From Tubiluchus corallicola (taxonomy: Eukaryota > Animalia > Priapulida): a DNA stretch of 64,000 bases. The stretch is taken from NCBI GenBank assembly GCA_030141605.1, contig JAQGDQ010000030.1, positions 975,171-1,039,170 of the forward strand, read 5' to 3'. The number at the start of each line of letters is the position of its first letter. Position 1 is the stretch's first letter. This document shows positions 52,501-64,000 of the stretch, piece by piece. The position numbers and the translations under genes are program-made. A model generated the notes under the pieces. That model was not told the origin of the DNA and did no database searches. It saw nothing but the letters and a program-made list of their open reading frames with translations.

Positions 52501-55500
52501 GAATTAATAATGCTGTAGGTAATCCTAGAAATGTTATTTAAGCAAAAAATTATAGTATTGGAAAAATAAAATCATTAGATAATTTTTAGGTAATCATTAG
52601 GTAACTTCGAAAGGATAGAAAAAATGATGGGTCAAAAATCTCAATAAACAGAGTGTTTCGGCAAACAATGCCAACTAAATCATTATTGAGTAGCACGAAT
52701 AATAATACGGTAAGAGTTTAATACAATTGCTTGATTTGTCTAGTAATATTTATTAAATTATACTTATTATATTACAAGACAGGTTCTAAAGTTTGGGGGA
52801 GCAGCAAGCACATAAAAAATGTGAGGTGATACGTACCAAACAATTTTTAACAGTAGTAGTATATAACTGACAATAGGCCTGCTGTTGTGCAGAAAATTGC
52901 GCAACAAAAATGTATTATAAAAATTTGATTTGGGGCAATTTTATTCTTGGTTCAGTCAGTCAATCTTGACAAATGAGTTGCGTAAATGCACGCTCATTCC
53001 AAACACACGGGAGGCAGGTTGGTCAAAGTAATGACTCCAGAAAATTCCTTCACGGCCATGTGATTAAAAAATAAAAAATTCGACTTTTATCGCACTAGTG
53101 AATTGAAAAGTTAAAAAATTGTGGAAAATGCACATGAAAAATTTTGCTTGGCGGAGCGATTGCTCCCCTATTACCTACACCACTGATGACAAGCATACAT
53201 TTTAAAAATGAATAACTGTCTTTGAAAATGAGTACGATAACTTGGTAAAACATTTCATTTACGAAAACTAAAATCCTGTTAATACATACCGGCCATTGCA
53301 TATGGACTAACTCCATACGGACTCTGGGAGGCAGCCTGTGCCCCATAGAAGCCAGTGTTCTGAAGAGCATACCCCTGGGCGGAGAATGCTTGCATACTGT
53401 TATTGGTCTGGGACGTGGAACTGGTTGCCACTAGCGACGGGTACGCTGTTGCAGATCTAGAAACGAAATGTAACAGCTCGTTAAAATTCTTCAGATAACA
53501 TAGAATGGCTTCAGAGAAGCCCAGTGATAAAACAGTGTATATAAATGGCAAACATATTTGTTTATGGATGTTTTCAAATTGGCTGTTACCAAACTTTATC
53601 AAGCAGTAGATCTGACAAAAGACAGGCTATTCCTGTACTATCCTTATTGAATGTTGTCAGATTTTTCTTTTTATATCCAACGGTACAGTGTAAACGGAAT
53701 AACAGGCTTAATGGCAGGATGTTTTTCTTATGTTGATGACAGTGAGGATTGGCCATAGGTCAATATAAAGGTTAATATTCTAAGATAAGATACTGGCTTG
53801 GCAGAGTGCCTTAGTCTCGTTTGAACGTTGTATATCCTTCATTAACAAGATAAATAGCTGACTACAGTGTGAAACTGCACAAGCTTTTTCCCCAACAATT
53901 ACTCATTCATTTACTAACCAGGCCCATGGCGCTTAACTTTGGTCGCAAAGTATAAGCCATAACCATCAGTAAGTTTTCTCACCCAAATTAGTTTATTCAG
54001 TCGGTTTTGGCGACTTTCTGGTACCAAGCATTAGATAGCATTTAGCAGTCTGAACATGATAAAGAAAACTGGTCAACGAGAAAAGAACGTAAATAGGTTT
54101 TTGGAGCTTTAGGGGAATCTTTTAACAGATACAAATAGTTTGTTAGTAGTATTTTTCATGGGTTTGGTATATAAATGTAAAGAAGCCTAGCTGCCTAGAT
54201 CCTAAATATTTAATTAGTTCGTTTTACAGTGCTCGGTTGACTGTTGAAGAAGAAAAAATAGGCAGCAGCATAACTGACCAGCTCTTACATACGAAGGCAA
54301 TAAACATGTACCTAAAGATAACGTAAATCTGGTATTCCGATTTTTTATTAATTTAGGATGCAATACCAGCTAACTTAGCAGTAAAGCATTCAAACATAAA
54401 AATCTTAAAGTTATTAATGGAAATCTGATAAAATAATAATAAGTCACTTTCACTTTCTGCGCTGTATCACAAGATTTTAATTTGGAACATGGAAACTGTA
54501 TGGTACAGCAGTATACGACATCTAAACATGTTAACTAGTAACAAGAGAACATGCTTGTTTAAGCTACTGTGGAAGCCAAACAGTCTGCACAAGATACACC
54601 TGAAACCCCATATAAACAGTGCATCTATTTACTATAAAAACATTGGATTATCATTATACACCTGCCAAACAATAACAATAGCGGTTAATCAACGGATTAC
54701 CAGATAAGTGATTAAAGTTAAAACTCTCAAATGAATGGGAAAACTGAAAAGTTGCTTTTCCGTTTCTTGTAACAATTTTTTGAACTTGATAATGCATAAA
54801 CATTTTCTATTTCATTAGATCTACGGTAATTTGCTTCTATGAATAAAAATGTGACAACATTTTCCCAAGCTGTTTATTCTTGATCATACATAATTTCATT
54901 TACATACCTGATGCAGGGGTACCAAGGATAATAGTCCATGTACATGTTCTATCCTGAACGTATTTTACCCACCATATATCATCGAACTACTTGCTTTTTC
55001 GACATAACTACGTTTTAACACAATGTACTTACTTCCTCTAGGAATGTCCTTGCATATTTGCATTTTAATACCAAATCATGTAAAGTTTCTGTAATTATCT
55101 AAGTTCAGCTTAGATTCTTGACCCTAGTGTGCAAGATGTCAGTTTTAAATTTTTTAATTTAGGTGAAGAAAACTTTGCCTTTTCAATCTACATTTAAAAT
55201 AGCTTCAACTGGCATCTGGTGTTGTAGCATAGGTATAGTTTGGCATTTGTGCTCATTATGTACACAGACCCGGCTATTGGCCTCTAAAAGTTGCTCATTC
55301 ACTGCAATTATTTAATGCAAGTTCACACTGGGCACCCCTCCATGGAATCCGTGGCCTCGCGTACCCCATTACATCCTAATGGTGTTTGGCTGAGGCTTCC
55401 AACAGTGTTTCTGACACAGTTAGTCACCCATTGCTACAGGAGGTCTTGTTTTCATAATATTTTGCTCCAGTCCTTCTAACAGTGAGGAACTGTTTAATAA

Positions 55501-58281
55501 TGGGGCCAGTGAATCATAGACTGAAACAACTGACTGAATCAGAGACTGAAACAACTAACTGAATCAGAGACTAAAACAACTGACTGAATCAGAGACTGAA
55601 ATAACTGAGAAATCAACAACAAAGTGAATTAACCATTCATAACCGACCGTGCTTATTGTGAAGTGCACAAGAGTTAAGCTGCTTTCATGAATGATTAGGA
55701 ATGGAATGCAATGGACATGGCAACGGCAGCCACAAATGACAGCGGCTGTAGAAACTGATTCATTCATTTTTAGGTTGTATCCTAAAACAATGATATCCGC
55801 TGTCCACTCACTAATACATATTATGAGAGATTATTTTTGCTGCTGACAAATCCATTTTGTTTATTTTATTCACACTCAATAGTAAAATACAGTGTATACT
55901 AAAAACAATATAATAAAACAAGTTGGGAAAAAACATACAAATACAATATTTACAAGAATGTGGAAAAGACACAAAGAGATAACTACTTACATGTGTCTAT
56001 TATGTACAAGAAATTTATGTAAGTTAACTTTATTTAAGCGGCTTTTAAATAACTTAATATTTTGTGCAGTTACGAGAGGGGCACCATCAACACATGCAGG
56101 CAAGTAGTTCCAAATTGGTACAACTCGATTTATGTGAGAAAATTTGACCAAATGATACTTTAGCAGTTCGACGAACGAAAAGCTTCAGAGAATGATTTTG
56201 CCTAGTTCTGCTGGTTTACCCTTATATGGAGGAATGTTGGCGACTGTACTTTTATAGTATGATGAAGCTTAATGAAACATATTATTTTGTTAAAACGAGG
56301 TTAAAGGCATTCAATAAAAGTATGTGCTGGACTAATAATGCAACAAACAGAACAAAATCTGATAAAAAGGAAAACCCTGAAAAAAAATAACAAAACAGGG
56401 AGAGAAATTGAAAAGACGAAGAAAATGAAATCAAAACTGAATATACACTAGTGCAACAACATGTGGAAGAACAATTACTTTAGAAAGTTTTGGATTTTTG
56501 GACTTAAGATAGTCTTAACATAGTATTAGATACACAGTTTTACATACCTGTTATAATACTGTAACTGAGAATTTGGATAGTCTTTACTCAGACCTATGAA
56601 TACAATAATGACCTTATTAATTATTGTAAATTTGTTATAAATTGATAGTAATTAAGAATATGACAAGACTAACTTAAAATAAAGAATTTCATGCACCAAA
56701 AATGATCTTTTCTTGCATATTTTTCAAAAGTGTTATAATTATGTGTTTATCATATATACAGGGCTAATGTCATATAGACTCATCTGGTGTATAAAAGGTT
56801 TCAGGTTTCAGGAGGCAACGAGACAACTCTAGTAAAAAATTTCCTCCTTTATCTACTCTTCATGCTTTAATTAACCAAAATCGCTAAGAATTATTCCATT
56901 TATTTGAACAGTTGTATGGATTTCACATAAGCACTTGCAATATTAAACGACAAAAATAAACCATGCAAATTTGCCTAAATTAATGAGCAGCTTTTCTGCA
57001 AGAAAATCATTGAGATTTTAATTACAGCAATACAGTCTGAATGAGGTATTTTCAATTTAAAAAAAACTAATTCACTAATTTATTTTTTAAACCAAACAAG
57101 AGAAATTTAGTTCAATTAGTGTGTGTAATTTTCTTTAATACGTGAAAGCAAAAAATTTTCGCAGCGCAAACAATTTCATATTTTATTTTCCAAAGACCCA
57201 TTCTTCTTGTGACTAATTTTTTGGACAAACAAATTACAGCAATTATTATTAGCAATTGTACAAATAATCCGCGGAAAAATAAACACAAAGTGTAATTTCG
57301 ATTCTTAGCAAAGGCCACAGAAAAGAAATAAATCAAAAATCTGTGAAGAATCGAACAAGTAAGCAAAACACCACAAATGTTATAAAGCAAGTTTCTTAGA
57401 ATTTTTACATTAAAAAATACAATGAACTTTTTTCATTGATCATTTGGCTTTTTGATACAGTTTTTTGTATAAATTTAGCAATTTTCCAGCCAAAATTCAG
57501 CACTCAGTGGTAGGGCCTCCTTAATGTATTTAGTTGTAATGGGACTAGAATCTATCTCAAAATAAGGTAATCCTACAAGATGAGACGTTAAACAAGTAGA
57601 GGTATCGTGGTTCATATAGCCAACAGTATTAGCCAAAAAACTAAGGCTGAACTGACTGTGAAATGCTCAATTTCAATTCAACACAAATACTTTTTGTACT
57701 CTTAATAAGTGAAAGTAAACAAACAATTAGGGGAAATTTTTGTAACTTTACATTGAATATTTTAAAGCCGTGAAGACATTTCACAATGTCAACAAGATGC
57801 TTAGCGATATTATTTGGACCCGAGTAATTTATAGCAATATTTGAGAACTATATTCCCAAAATTCATATTAATTGAATTCCACAATTTTTGAGACTAAGAA
57901 AAATAAACGTGAACAGTAAAATAAAATTATTTGCTTGCATTTCACGGTAAACAGCACAATGCAAAAAGAGAGAGCTTGGCAGTGTGTTCATAATCATAAC
58001 TACTTACAGACGAAAAAAATCTTCAACTATTAGGATTCTACTAAGATTCTACAAAGTTACTAGTCCTAGGTGTTCTACTAGGATTCGAACCTATGGCTTC
58101 CGTATTCCAAATAGCAAGATGTGCCACCTTGGCAAGGTTCTGTCTATTTTTTGTCAAATGCTTGAGAGTGAATAATCTAAATGTAGTGACAAAAGACAAA
58201 GATGGCACTTACCAAAATCAATTGAATCACTGTTGCCAAAAGGAGACTCTGAATTATGTTCTGAGTTAGGTTCAGCCTTTA
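28437..58281 (-). CDS. eya: Eyes absent (HAD-family tyrosine phosphatase and Six co-activator), 5'-partial, 15 exons, at least 563 aa; complement(join(28437..28517,29420..29520,29901..30022,30123..30237,30773..30933,31428..31486,34035..34124,46254..46405,46564..46635,48969..49212,49876..49937,50563..50712,53290..53456,56548..56593,58213..58281))
   Basis: Phase-consistent exons give a P/S/T/Y-rich N-terminus and a complete Eya domain: [105 protein letters not shown]; no start codon exon identified. Confidence 0.96.
28559..28798. repeat. Minisatellite, three copies of an 80-bp unit, in the last eya intron
   Basis: Unit agttactgaaagtccagttacatatgctgatgtgctgactgccgaatctacggtgaacccaaatgta...aacaaccaat at 28561, 28641 and 28721. 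Confidence 0.95.
29420..29520 (-). CDS. eya: eya exon
   Basis: [34 protein letters not shown]. Confidence 0.95.
29901..30022 (-). CDS. eya: eya exon
   Basis: [41 protein letters not shown]. Confidence 0.95.
30123..30237 (-). CDS. eya: eya exon
   Basis: [38 protein letters not shown]. Confidence 0.95.
30773..30933 (-). CDS. eya: eya exon
   Basis: [53 protein letters not shown]. Confidence 0.96.
31428..31486 (-). CDS. eya: eya exon
   Basis: [20 protein letters not shown]. Confidence 0.95.
34035..34124 (-). CDS. eya: eya exon
   Basis: [30 protein letters not shown]. Confidence 0.95.
36372..36510 (+). mobile_element. hAT transposase C-terminal (dimerisation domain) remnant
   Basis: [14 protein letters not shown]...[24 protein letters not shown] resembles the hATC pattern L.P.S..ER.FS...KT..R..L...E.L.F. 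Confidence 0.4.
37388..37545 (+). mobile_element. MITE-like dispersed repeat, copy 1
   Basis: aagacattcgagaatatttt...caagtcaacacatcat...agtcctatattagt...attctgaatgtt; imperfect terminal inverted repeats; second copy at 41621. Confidence 0.7.
38787..39230 (+). mobile_element. Tc1/mariner-superfamily transposase C-terminal remnant with probable 3' end
   Basis: [14 protein letters not shown]...[15 protein letters not shown] [frameshift] ENGRHI matches the SPDLNPLDY..W...W..RL.....NG.H tail; tttttgcaccacatgata near 39210-39228 resembles a terminus. Confidence 0.58.
40917..41100. repeat. Degenerate tandem duplication with a period of about 104 bp
   Basis: agatgaataYatacttaYttaaaagtatgtttaaaggttttt...acaagttctYatag occurs twice. 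Confidence 0.85.
41621..41764 (+). mobile_element. MITE-like dispersed repeat, copy 2
   Basis: gaagacattcgagaatatttt...caagtcaacacatcat...agtcctacattagt...atcttgaatgtt. Confidence 0.7.
46254..46405 (-). CDS. eya: eya exon with catalytic HAD motif I
   Basis: [50 protein letters not shown]. Confidence 0.96.
46564..46635 (-). CDS. eya: eya exon
   Basis: [24 protein letters not shown]; tttaag / gtatgc; phases fit both neighbours. Confidence 0.85.
47100..47342 (-). mobile_element. Probable tRNA-derived SINE
   Basis: GC-rich block with a minus-strand B-box-like ggttccgatcc (47283-47293) followed by a body. Confidence 0.4.
48394..48750. mobile_element. hAT-like non-autonomous element
   Basis: Ends cagggctgaatta ... 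taatctggcagtcatg with subterminal gcctag/taggc motifs. Confidence 0.45.
48969..49212 (-). CDS. eya: eya exon
   Basis: [45 protein letters not shown]...[15 protein letters not shown]; a second in-frame acceptor would start the exon at 49170. Confidence 0.85.
49876..49937 (-). CDS. eya: eya exon
   Basis: [21 protein letters not shown]; atctag / gtaagt. Confidence 0.85.
50563..50712 (-). CDS. eya: eya exon
   Basis: [50 protein letters not shown]; tttcag / gtatgt. Confidence 0.87.
51797..52080 (+). mobile_element. Possible Penelope-like GIY-YIG remnant
   Basis: TNTVHIFN / LGHCL / LGHNSKEL...SSA...KYLL...PH across frameshifts; weak resemblance. Confidence 0.3.
53290..53456 (-). CDS. eya: eya exon
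   Basis: [55 protein letters not shown]; ttctag / gtatgt. Confidence 0.87.
55510..55614. repeat. Minisatellite, about four copies of a 25-bp unit
   Basis: tgaatcagagactgaaacaactgac repeated. Confidence 0.92.
56548..56593 (-). CDS. eya: eya 46-nt exon
   Basis: [16 protein letters not shown]; tcatag / gtatgt; phase 1 to phase 2 bridges the flanking exons exactly. Confidence 0.75.
58062..58138 (-). mobile_element. tRNA-derived SINE head
   Basis: Perfect B-box GGTTCGAATCC on the minus strand (58081-58091) with an upstream A-box-like tgccaaggtgg; no intact cloverleaf. Confidence 0.5.
58213..58281 (-). CDS. eya: eya exon, the most 5' one supported
   Basis: (V)[22 protein letters not shown]; tttttacag / gtaagt; resembles the VKTEP-type motif of Eya N-termini. 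Confidence 0.75.
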
Positions 58282-61200
58282 CTGTAAAAAAACACATCAA
58301 ATTAAATTTGGAGGTAAAAATGAAAAAAAGCATCAAGATTTGTCAAAAAATATACACAACGCGGGCATATTTATGTAAAAATATACATAACACATTAATT
58401 TAGTAACTTCATTTTTTTCACATTAGCTCAAGGCGAAAACAATACTGGAAAGCACTTTTAAACGCACCGAAATTGTCATATAAAAGTGCAACAATAATTT
58501 TAAAAAACAAAAATTAACTGGACTTTTTAGCATAGTTAGCTTCATCAAATGATGAGGTTCCATCTAGAACTCCGCTTTTCTTGCCGAGATACAGATGCTA
58601 TTGTTTACTTATCTCTTATTGATTAACGATTGTACGATTGATCATTTCCAAAAAATGTGAATATTGTGCTCCCGAAGCTGGGTGCTGTGGCGATTTACGG
58701 TAAATTCTAGCAGAGGTGCTGACTGGCTAAAAAGGTATATGGAATGATATCTATGTTTTTCTTCAGAAGGAAGGTAATGGAATAAAAACGCTCAATGTTA
58801 TGCAGCTGCAAAAAGTTGTTGAGTGACCGGAGTAGGGGTGTGGCAAGGGCAGCTGTCGGAAAATGCACAGTTAAAGGAAAACAGGATGATTTTTTATATC
58901 ACATCCCATTTTGAAGTACGGTAAAAAGTATAAATTTAAACACTGATAATTGGTTCTGATAATTAAATAATAGGCTAAAAACTTAATTAGTTAATCTTAA
59001 TAAAGTTAAACTTAATAAAAATTAAAAACTCAAGGAGTAATGACACCATAAATGAACAATTTTCAACGGTACAAGCATGCCACGAGCAGGCTGCACATGT
59101 TTGTGAAAGCGTAAATTGAGGCACAGTAATACTGTTACAACATTCAGTGAGGTATACAAGAACTCGGCAAATTTTAAATTCAAATTTCAAGTTTACCACT
59201 GTGCTCAAGCATGAACGTTTGAACGTGTGTACTACGTCACAACCGAATACTTCTGAACTGAGAGGTATTGCACCTGTTCTTATGCAACGCGTTTCTGAAA
59301 TGAAGACGCTAATGAACACCTAACCAGCGAATGGCAAAAGGAACGCAAAATTGCATCTCTGTGCTAATGATTCCGTCAAATAAATCATTCTTGAAAAAAT
59401 AGTATATTCCCTTCCAACATTATACAAAGTAGAAGACAGTTTTGAGCTATAGTTTAATATTGGGTCCGGTTTTCAGTTTAGCTGCAGCTTCACAATCTCA
59501 CAGAAGAAAAATCTGTCTTGTTGAAACAGAATTTTGAATGTCTTAGCATAAAATATACTTCATCAACACTCCCAAAATATGATGTTAGTATTAAATAAAG
59601 TGAATGTGAGGCTAAATTTAAACTGTACGGTAAGTTTATTAATTGGTAATAGAACTATAATCAACGGAGCGTGTAAGGAGCAGGATTTCGTTAGAATGAG
59701 CGTAAACAAATAAAGAAAAGAAAGTACATATAAAATTTCTTACTAGCTTGTGAGGTTATAGTTAGCTGTGTGTTTTGCCACGACTCGGGCGCACTATATG
59801 GTGTGTCACTACTGGCCATAGAACCCACACTACCTATAAACAAAAACAACCACAGTCAGATAGCAAATGACGTCAACGCGAATATACCAGTAACTGCCAT
59901 GCTTAACCTAATTTCGGGGCTGAAGTAGGCTTCGGCACATCACCGCAAAAGATAAACCTTTAACAGTTCTGTTTCATAACGCCATAATCTAAGCAGTGGT
60001 AGTACGTAGAAACAGGTATAGAATGCATTACAAATAATATGTAGATATAGCGCTACTAACTGCATAACTGAACTTCATCAATGAAAAGCGAAGTATGTTT
60101 GTCAGTGTAATGGTGTTGTTGACCATAATCATATATTATGCTACCAAAAATGATTCAGCGCAGCTCGGTTATATGAGCAGATAGAGAGTATATTGTACAA
60201 ATGAATTACAAAGTTAAATTCTTAGATTCGTACTAATATTATATCCTACAGTTTCATCTATATTTTATGTAATTATATAACTGAGTAATTCTTTGTGACT
60301 TTTGCTAAAAAATTAAACGGCTGTTTGACTTAGTTTGCAAGTGGATGTGTGTTTTCTGGATGATTTTATTTGCTGGTTGTCTCTGTAGTTATTGTGTGGT
60401 GTACAGGGGTATATCCAAATGCAGCTACACAACATAGCATCAATCCTAGATACGGGTCCACAGCAGAAACCTTGAATATAGCATCGGGTCATTTTGTTAA
60501 GTGCTGGGGTTAGTGCCAAACTCCATAAAAATGTTACAAAAGAGAAGCTTTAGCGAACACACAGATGTCTAAAAACCTAGAACAGTATTCCTAGTAATTC
60601 TGGAATCCTGAGACATCGCGCTACAATATATAAGAGCATGGGTATAGTTCACGAGAGCTGAATGATTAGTGCCCCCTAAGTCATCAGGGTCAAAAAGTCA
60701 ACTGAATGTTTTGAGGAAAAGCTCTCATCCCGCCCAGTCCACTCCAAGAAGACGCTGGGAGGTCGTCTCTTCAAAACAAGCAACTCACTAGAGGACGAGT
60801 CACCTCTTCACTAGAAATAATTGAAGTGTGGCTGTTATGAAGTTAACCTGGAAGATTTCCACTCTTGTAAGAGATGACTGTAAACGTACGAAAGCCATAT
60901 AGGTTATCATTATATATCATATACATAATTACTATGATCGTACTGACAAGTTAAGTCGCTTAAGCTGAGAAAGTCTTAACATTTTTAGCATTTTTGATAA
61001 AATGGAGCTACTTGTAATGCGAATTTACACACGTCCATGAAAATAACGCAATCACTTTTACAAACAAGAAAATAAATAATATAAATAAATCACTATTTAT
61101 ACTCATGTATCAATAAATGAATATTTATTTTAATCCACCTGAGATAAATAAAGTTTATATATAAATAAATCATTATTTGCGAAGAAGTTGTCAATGACCG

Positions 61201-62099
61201 CGTTAAAAAATTCAATTAGGAAATCACTTAACAAGATAACTGCACTACTGTTTCCCCCTTGTTTTGTAACTGGTATAGAAAACATTTATTAAAGAATTAA
61301 TATCGTCATTCAGAAACCTAACATCAAAATCAATAATTTTTTGTAATTCGGGAACATTAATTGCATTAGTAACAAGATTTGAAACTGTCTAAAACATTCA
61401 ATCAGTTAGTGCTAAAGATAAGTCAGTACTTAACTTTCTTGCATTTTACTGCCTGTCTTTCATTCCTCTTTTGCGAACGTAGCGCGTTTAGAAAAACAAA
61501 TAAAAAGCATAAATTTATTTCCGCAGAGAAGCGATGTGAGTCTAGCAACATATCACAATCAGATGAAAGCCAAGATGTCTACACTTGATTGTTTTAATGT
61601 TTGAGGAACACAGCGCAAAAAAGCTAGTGTAAATATACAGTAAGACAGACAGCCTCGGAGAGGGAGAAAGACACGTTACTTTTTGTAGGCAAAAGTTAAA
61701 GAGAAACGTTGATGAAAGACGAAAAGTGAAGGACGGCAACAAAAAGACGAACATCAACAAAAGATACCTAAATTAGAAGCAGTTGGAGATGAGTAAGAAC
61801 AATTAAGGCAAACTGAAAAAGATGGAAGACATGGAAGCAAAAAATGTAAGAAAGGCATTGTCAAGAGATGAGGTAACAAAATTATGAGGCCCAAAAAAAC
61901 ATTGTTATGGTACCACAAACGGAAGGACGTGGATAATCAGAAAAAATATGGGACTTACAGTTCAATGACGAGCAACCACCCTCTTGCTTACAGTAAAAAG
62001 GGAACATTGCTTCTCGAATCTGCACTTACAAAGAATACTTCTGTTATTAGTACGACACGTTCGATCAATCCACCAGTGAAGTAGCAGACACCAATATTA

Positions 62100-62735
62100 T
62101 GACTGGATGTCAAGTGCCAACACTATAAAACTCCGTACTTCAGGCAAATTAGTGTGCGAAGTCCACCGTTCACAAAGTCTTACAATTTCCGGCAGTTCTA
62201 ACAGATAATAATTGATAAATAACGCCAACTGCTGATTGGTTCAGCCACTACTGCACCACTTATATCTGTCTGAGAAGTGAACAACAGCTTTAGCCATGAA
62301 CGTAACGGGAACTAATACCACAGAAGGTAGGCTACAACAAGATGCAACGGCAATACTCATTCCATTCTTAGCTAACACTGACTGTGAAACAGCCAAGTAC
62401 GAGTCTTAACAGAAGTAACAGAAAAGAATGCCATCAGGACTTTTGGTAATAGCCTACAAGGCGTTGAACTAAGAACATGGCCCTGCTAAGTGCTGGATAC
62501 ATTAAACCACTTGAAGAAGCTGATGTGTAACGCGCTAACATAAACATTAGCCTGCTGCTGATAATTGTTGTGCAGTTTTGATGGAGATGCGGTAGAACCA
62601 GCATCAATTAGCATCAATTTGTCATTTGGCAGCGATGCAACGAGTCCCCATGTTTATTTGCGGTGGTCGCGGGCAAACAGAAATTGGGCAGCAGCTGATA
62701 TAGCCAACCATGGCGTCGCCAACACAAGGATGCAG
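62100..62735 (-). mobile_element. Internally deleted, degenerate Gypsy LTR retrotransposon gag-pol remnant
   Basis: Minus-strand order: decayed zinc knuckle CWRRHG..GYISCCP (about 62685-62724), protease-like LIDAGSTAS (62585-62611), post-RT motif WTSHTNLPEVRSFIVLA (about 62115-62165). Confidence 0.6.
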
Positions 62736-63158
62736 CCGACGAGATTTGTACCCGATTCATAACCCACGTCCTTCCATGGATGACGCTGTAAGGATGACTG
62801 TTAGCTACGTCACATCAGGAAATATAACAAAATGCCGCTGAAAAGTGTCTGGAAAAAGTCAGACAAAATACCTATCAGGCGATCTTTTTCGCCTCCTAGA
62901 TGGGGGCAAAACTAGAGAATGCAAAGCTATTCCTTGGGTGTTAATGGATGAAGGAAAAATGCTTCCCTCTGAGAGTAAAAGCATGCACTACATTTTTTTC
63001 TAAATGTGCTCAGCTACTTAGAGTAAGAAGGCAGGGGAAGTTATTTTGAAGAATCGGAATTAAAGGCAAAAGAGTATGAAACCAACATCGATTGAGAAAT
63101 ACTTATGAATCGTATCTCTGATGTTAAACAAATTGACAATGATGATAAATTCTGTACA

Positions 63159-63161
63159 AAT

Positions 63162-63193
<32 letters not shown>

Positions 63194-63208
63194 GCACGCA
63201 CACGCACG

Positions 63209-63267
<59 letters not shown>

Positions 63268-63289
63268 ATATATATACATAAATATATAC
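63159..63289. repeat. Compound microsatellite (TA)n(CGCA)n(CA)n(TA)n
   Basis: Directly visible; it explains the spurious CVCV and THTH ORFs. Confidence 0.97.
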
Positions 63290-63559
63290 AAGGCCTCTAT
63301 GTGCAGAACAAAATTTCTGGCCTCACATACTATATCAAATAATAACAATGCAAGCACATACAAAAATACAAATCAATATATAGTAACGTACAAACATACC
63401 TCCAAAGCGATATAAACGACAACAAACGACAAAACAATAAACAATATAACAAACTATACAATTAATAATTCACTACATTTCAGTTAAAAAATTAATAAGG
63501 CGTAAATGTTATGGGTTTCGTAAAGCATACCACATGATATGATTTGCATTTATTTACCA

Positions 63560-63870
63560 CGCTGAATGAAATACGTATTATATCTAGCCATGTCTAATTG
63601 TCTATTGTCACTGAATTTTGCTAATGCTTCAGTATACTTGGGATAGTTTTTAGTCCACGCCTCGTTGTCACCGTTACAGTTAACACACAAGTATTATGCA
63701 CAAGTTCATCACAGTCTTCTGATTTGTGCTACTTTAAACGTTTTGCACAAGTAACAGGGCATTTGTACCATTTTGCCACATGCCCAAATTTTTGACAATT
63801 GAAGCACCTTGTTGAAGTAGGCTTAATAACAAATTTGACTACACATTGTTCATGTTGAACAAAAGAGTCA
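63560..63870 (-). mobile_element. LINE ORF1 (gag-like, three zinc knuckles; I/Jockey-group type) remnant
   Basis: KPTSTRCFNCQKFGHVAKWY...TCAKRLK*HKSEDC [frameshift] CVNCNGDNEAWTKNYPKY. Confidence 0.75.
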
Positions 63871-64000
63871 AAGTAAATAAAAAAAGAAATAGGTTATCAA
63901 ATAAGAAATGTAATAGTAATTCAAAAGGCTGACATCGTCATGTAATTAACCGTTTGGTTTAAGTTACAGGCTATAAACGTTGATTGGTTAACTGAAATAA

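Noticed and set aside
56801-56809. Six/MEF3 motif TCAGGTTTC in an eya intron
   Set aside because: A single 9-mer is expected by chance in 64 kb; no clustering
58062-58138. Functional tRNA gene
   Set aside because: B-box is present but acceptor and anticodon stems do not form; treated as a SINE head
5511-58281. U12-type introns
   Set aside because: None of the inferred donors has the RTATCCT signature
60650-60820. Possible hammerhead or Penelope terminal repeat (minus-strand ctgatga)
   Set aside because: No stem II followed by GAAA could be built by eye
63041-63363. ORFs rich in CVCV, THTH and YIYI
   Set aside because: They are translations of the compound microsatellite

Overview
AT-rich, intron-rich eukaryotic DNA, most consistent with a bilaterian invertebrate; the taxon cannot be fixed from the sequence. 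Three genes can be rebuilt exon by exon with consistent splice phases. (1) The last three coding exons of an apextrin-like gene with an ApeC domain (+, 884-2329). (2) A complete 18-exon protein O-mannosyltransferase 2 gene (POMT2, +, 5511-23220, about 718 aa), including one GC-AG intron. (3) A convergent eyes absent gene (eya, -, 15 exons over 58281-28437, 5' end not found in the window). Most entries in the ORF track are spurious intronic frames. Introns and the intergenic space hold decayed Gypsy, LINE, Penelope-like, Tc1/mariner and hAT remnants, plus MITEs, SINEs and short tandem arrays. I found no convincing new biological system. The best leads are regulatory or splicing features: a cluster of RFX X-boxes just 3' of the eya stop, a candidate alternative 46-nt eya exon, an intronic array of splice-donor pentamers, and a duplicated apextrin C-terminus that preserves both the empty and filled site of a transposon insertion. 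All coordinates and translations were read by hand; no searches were run.
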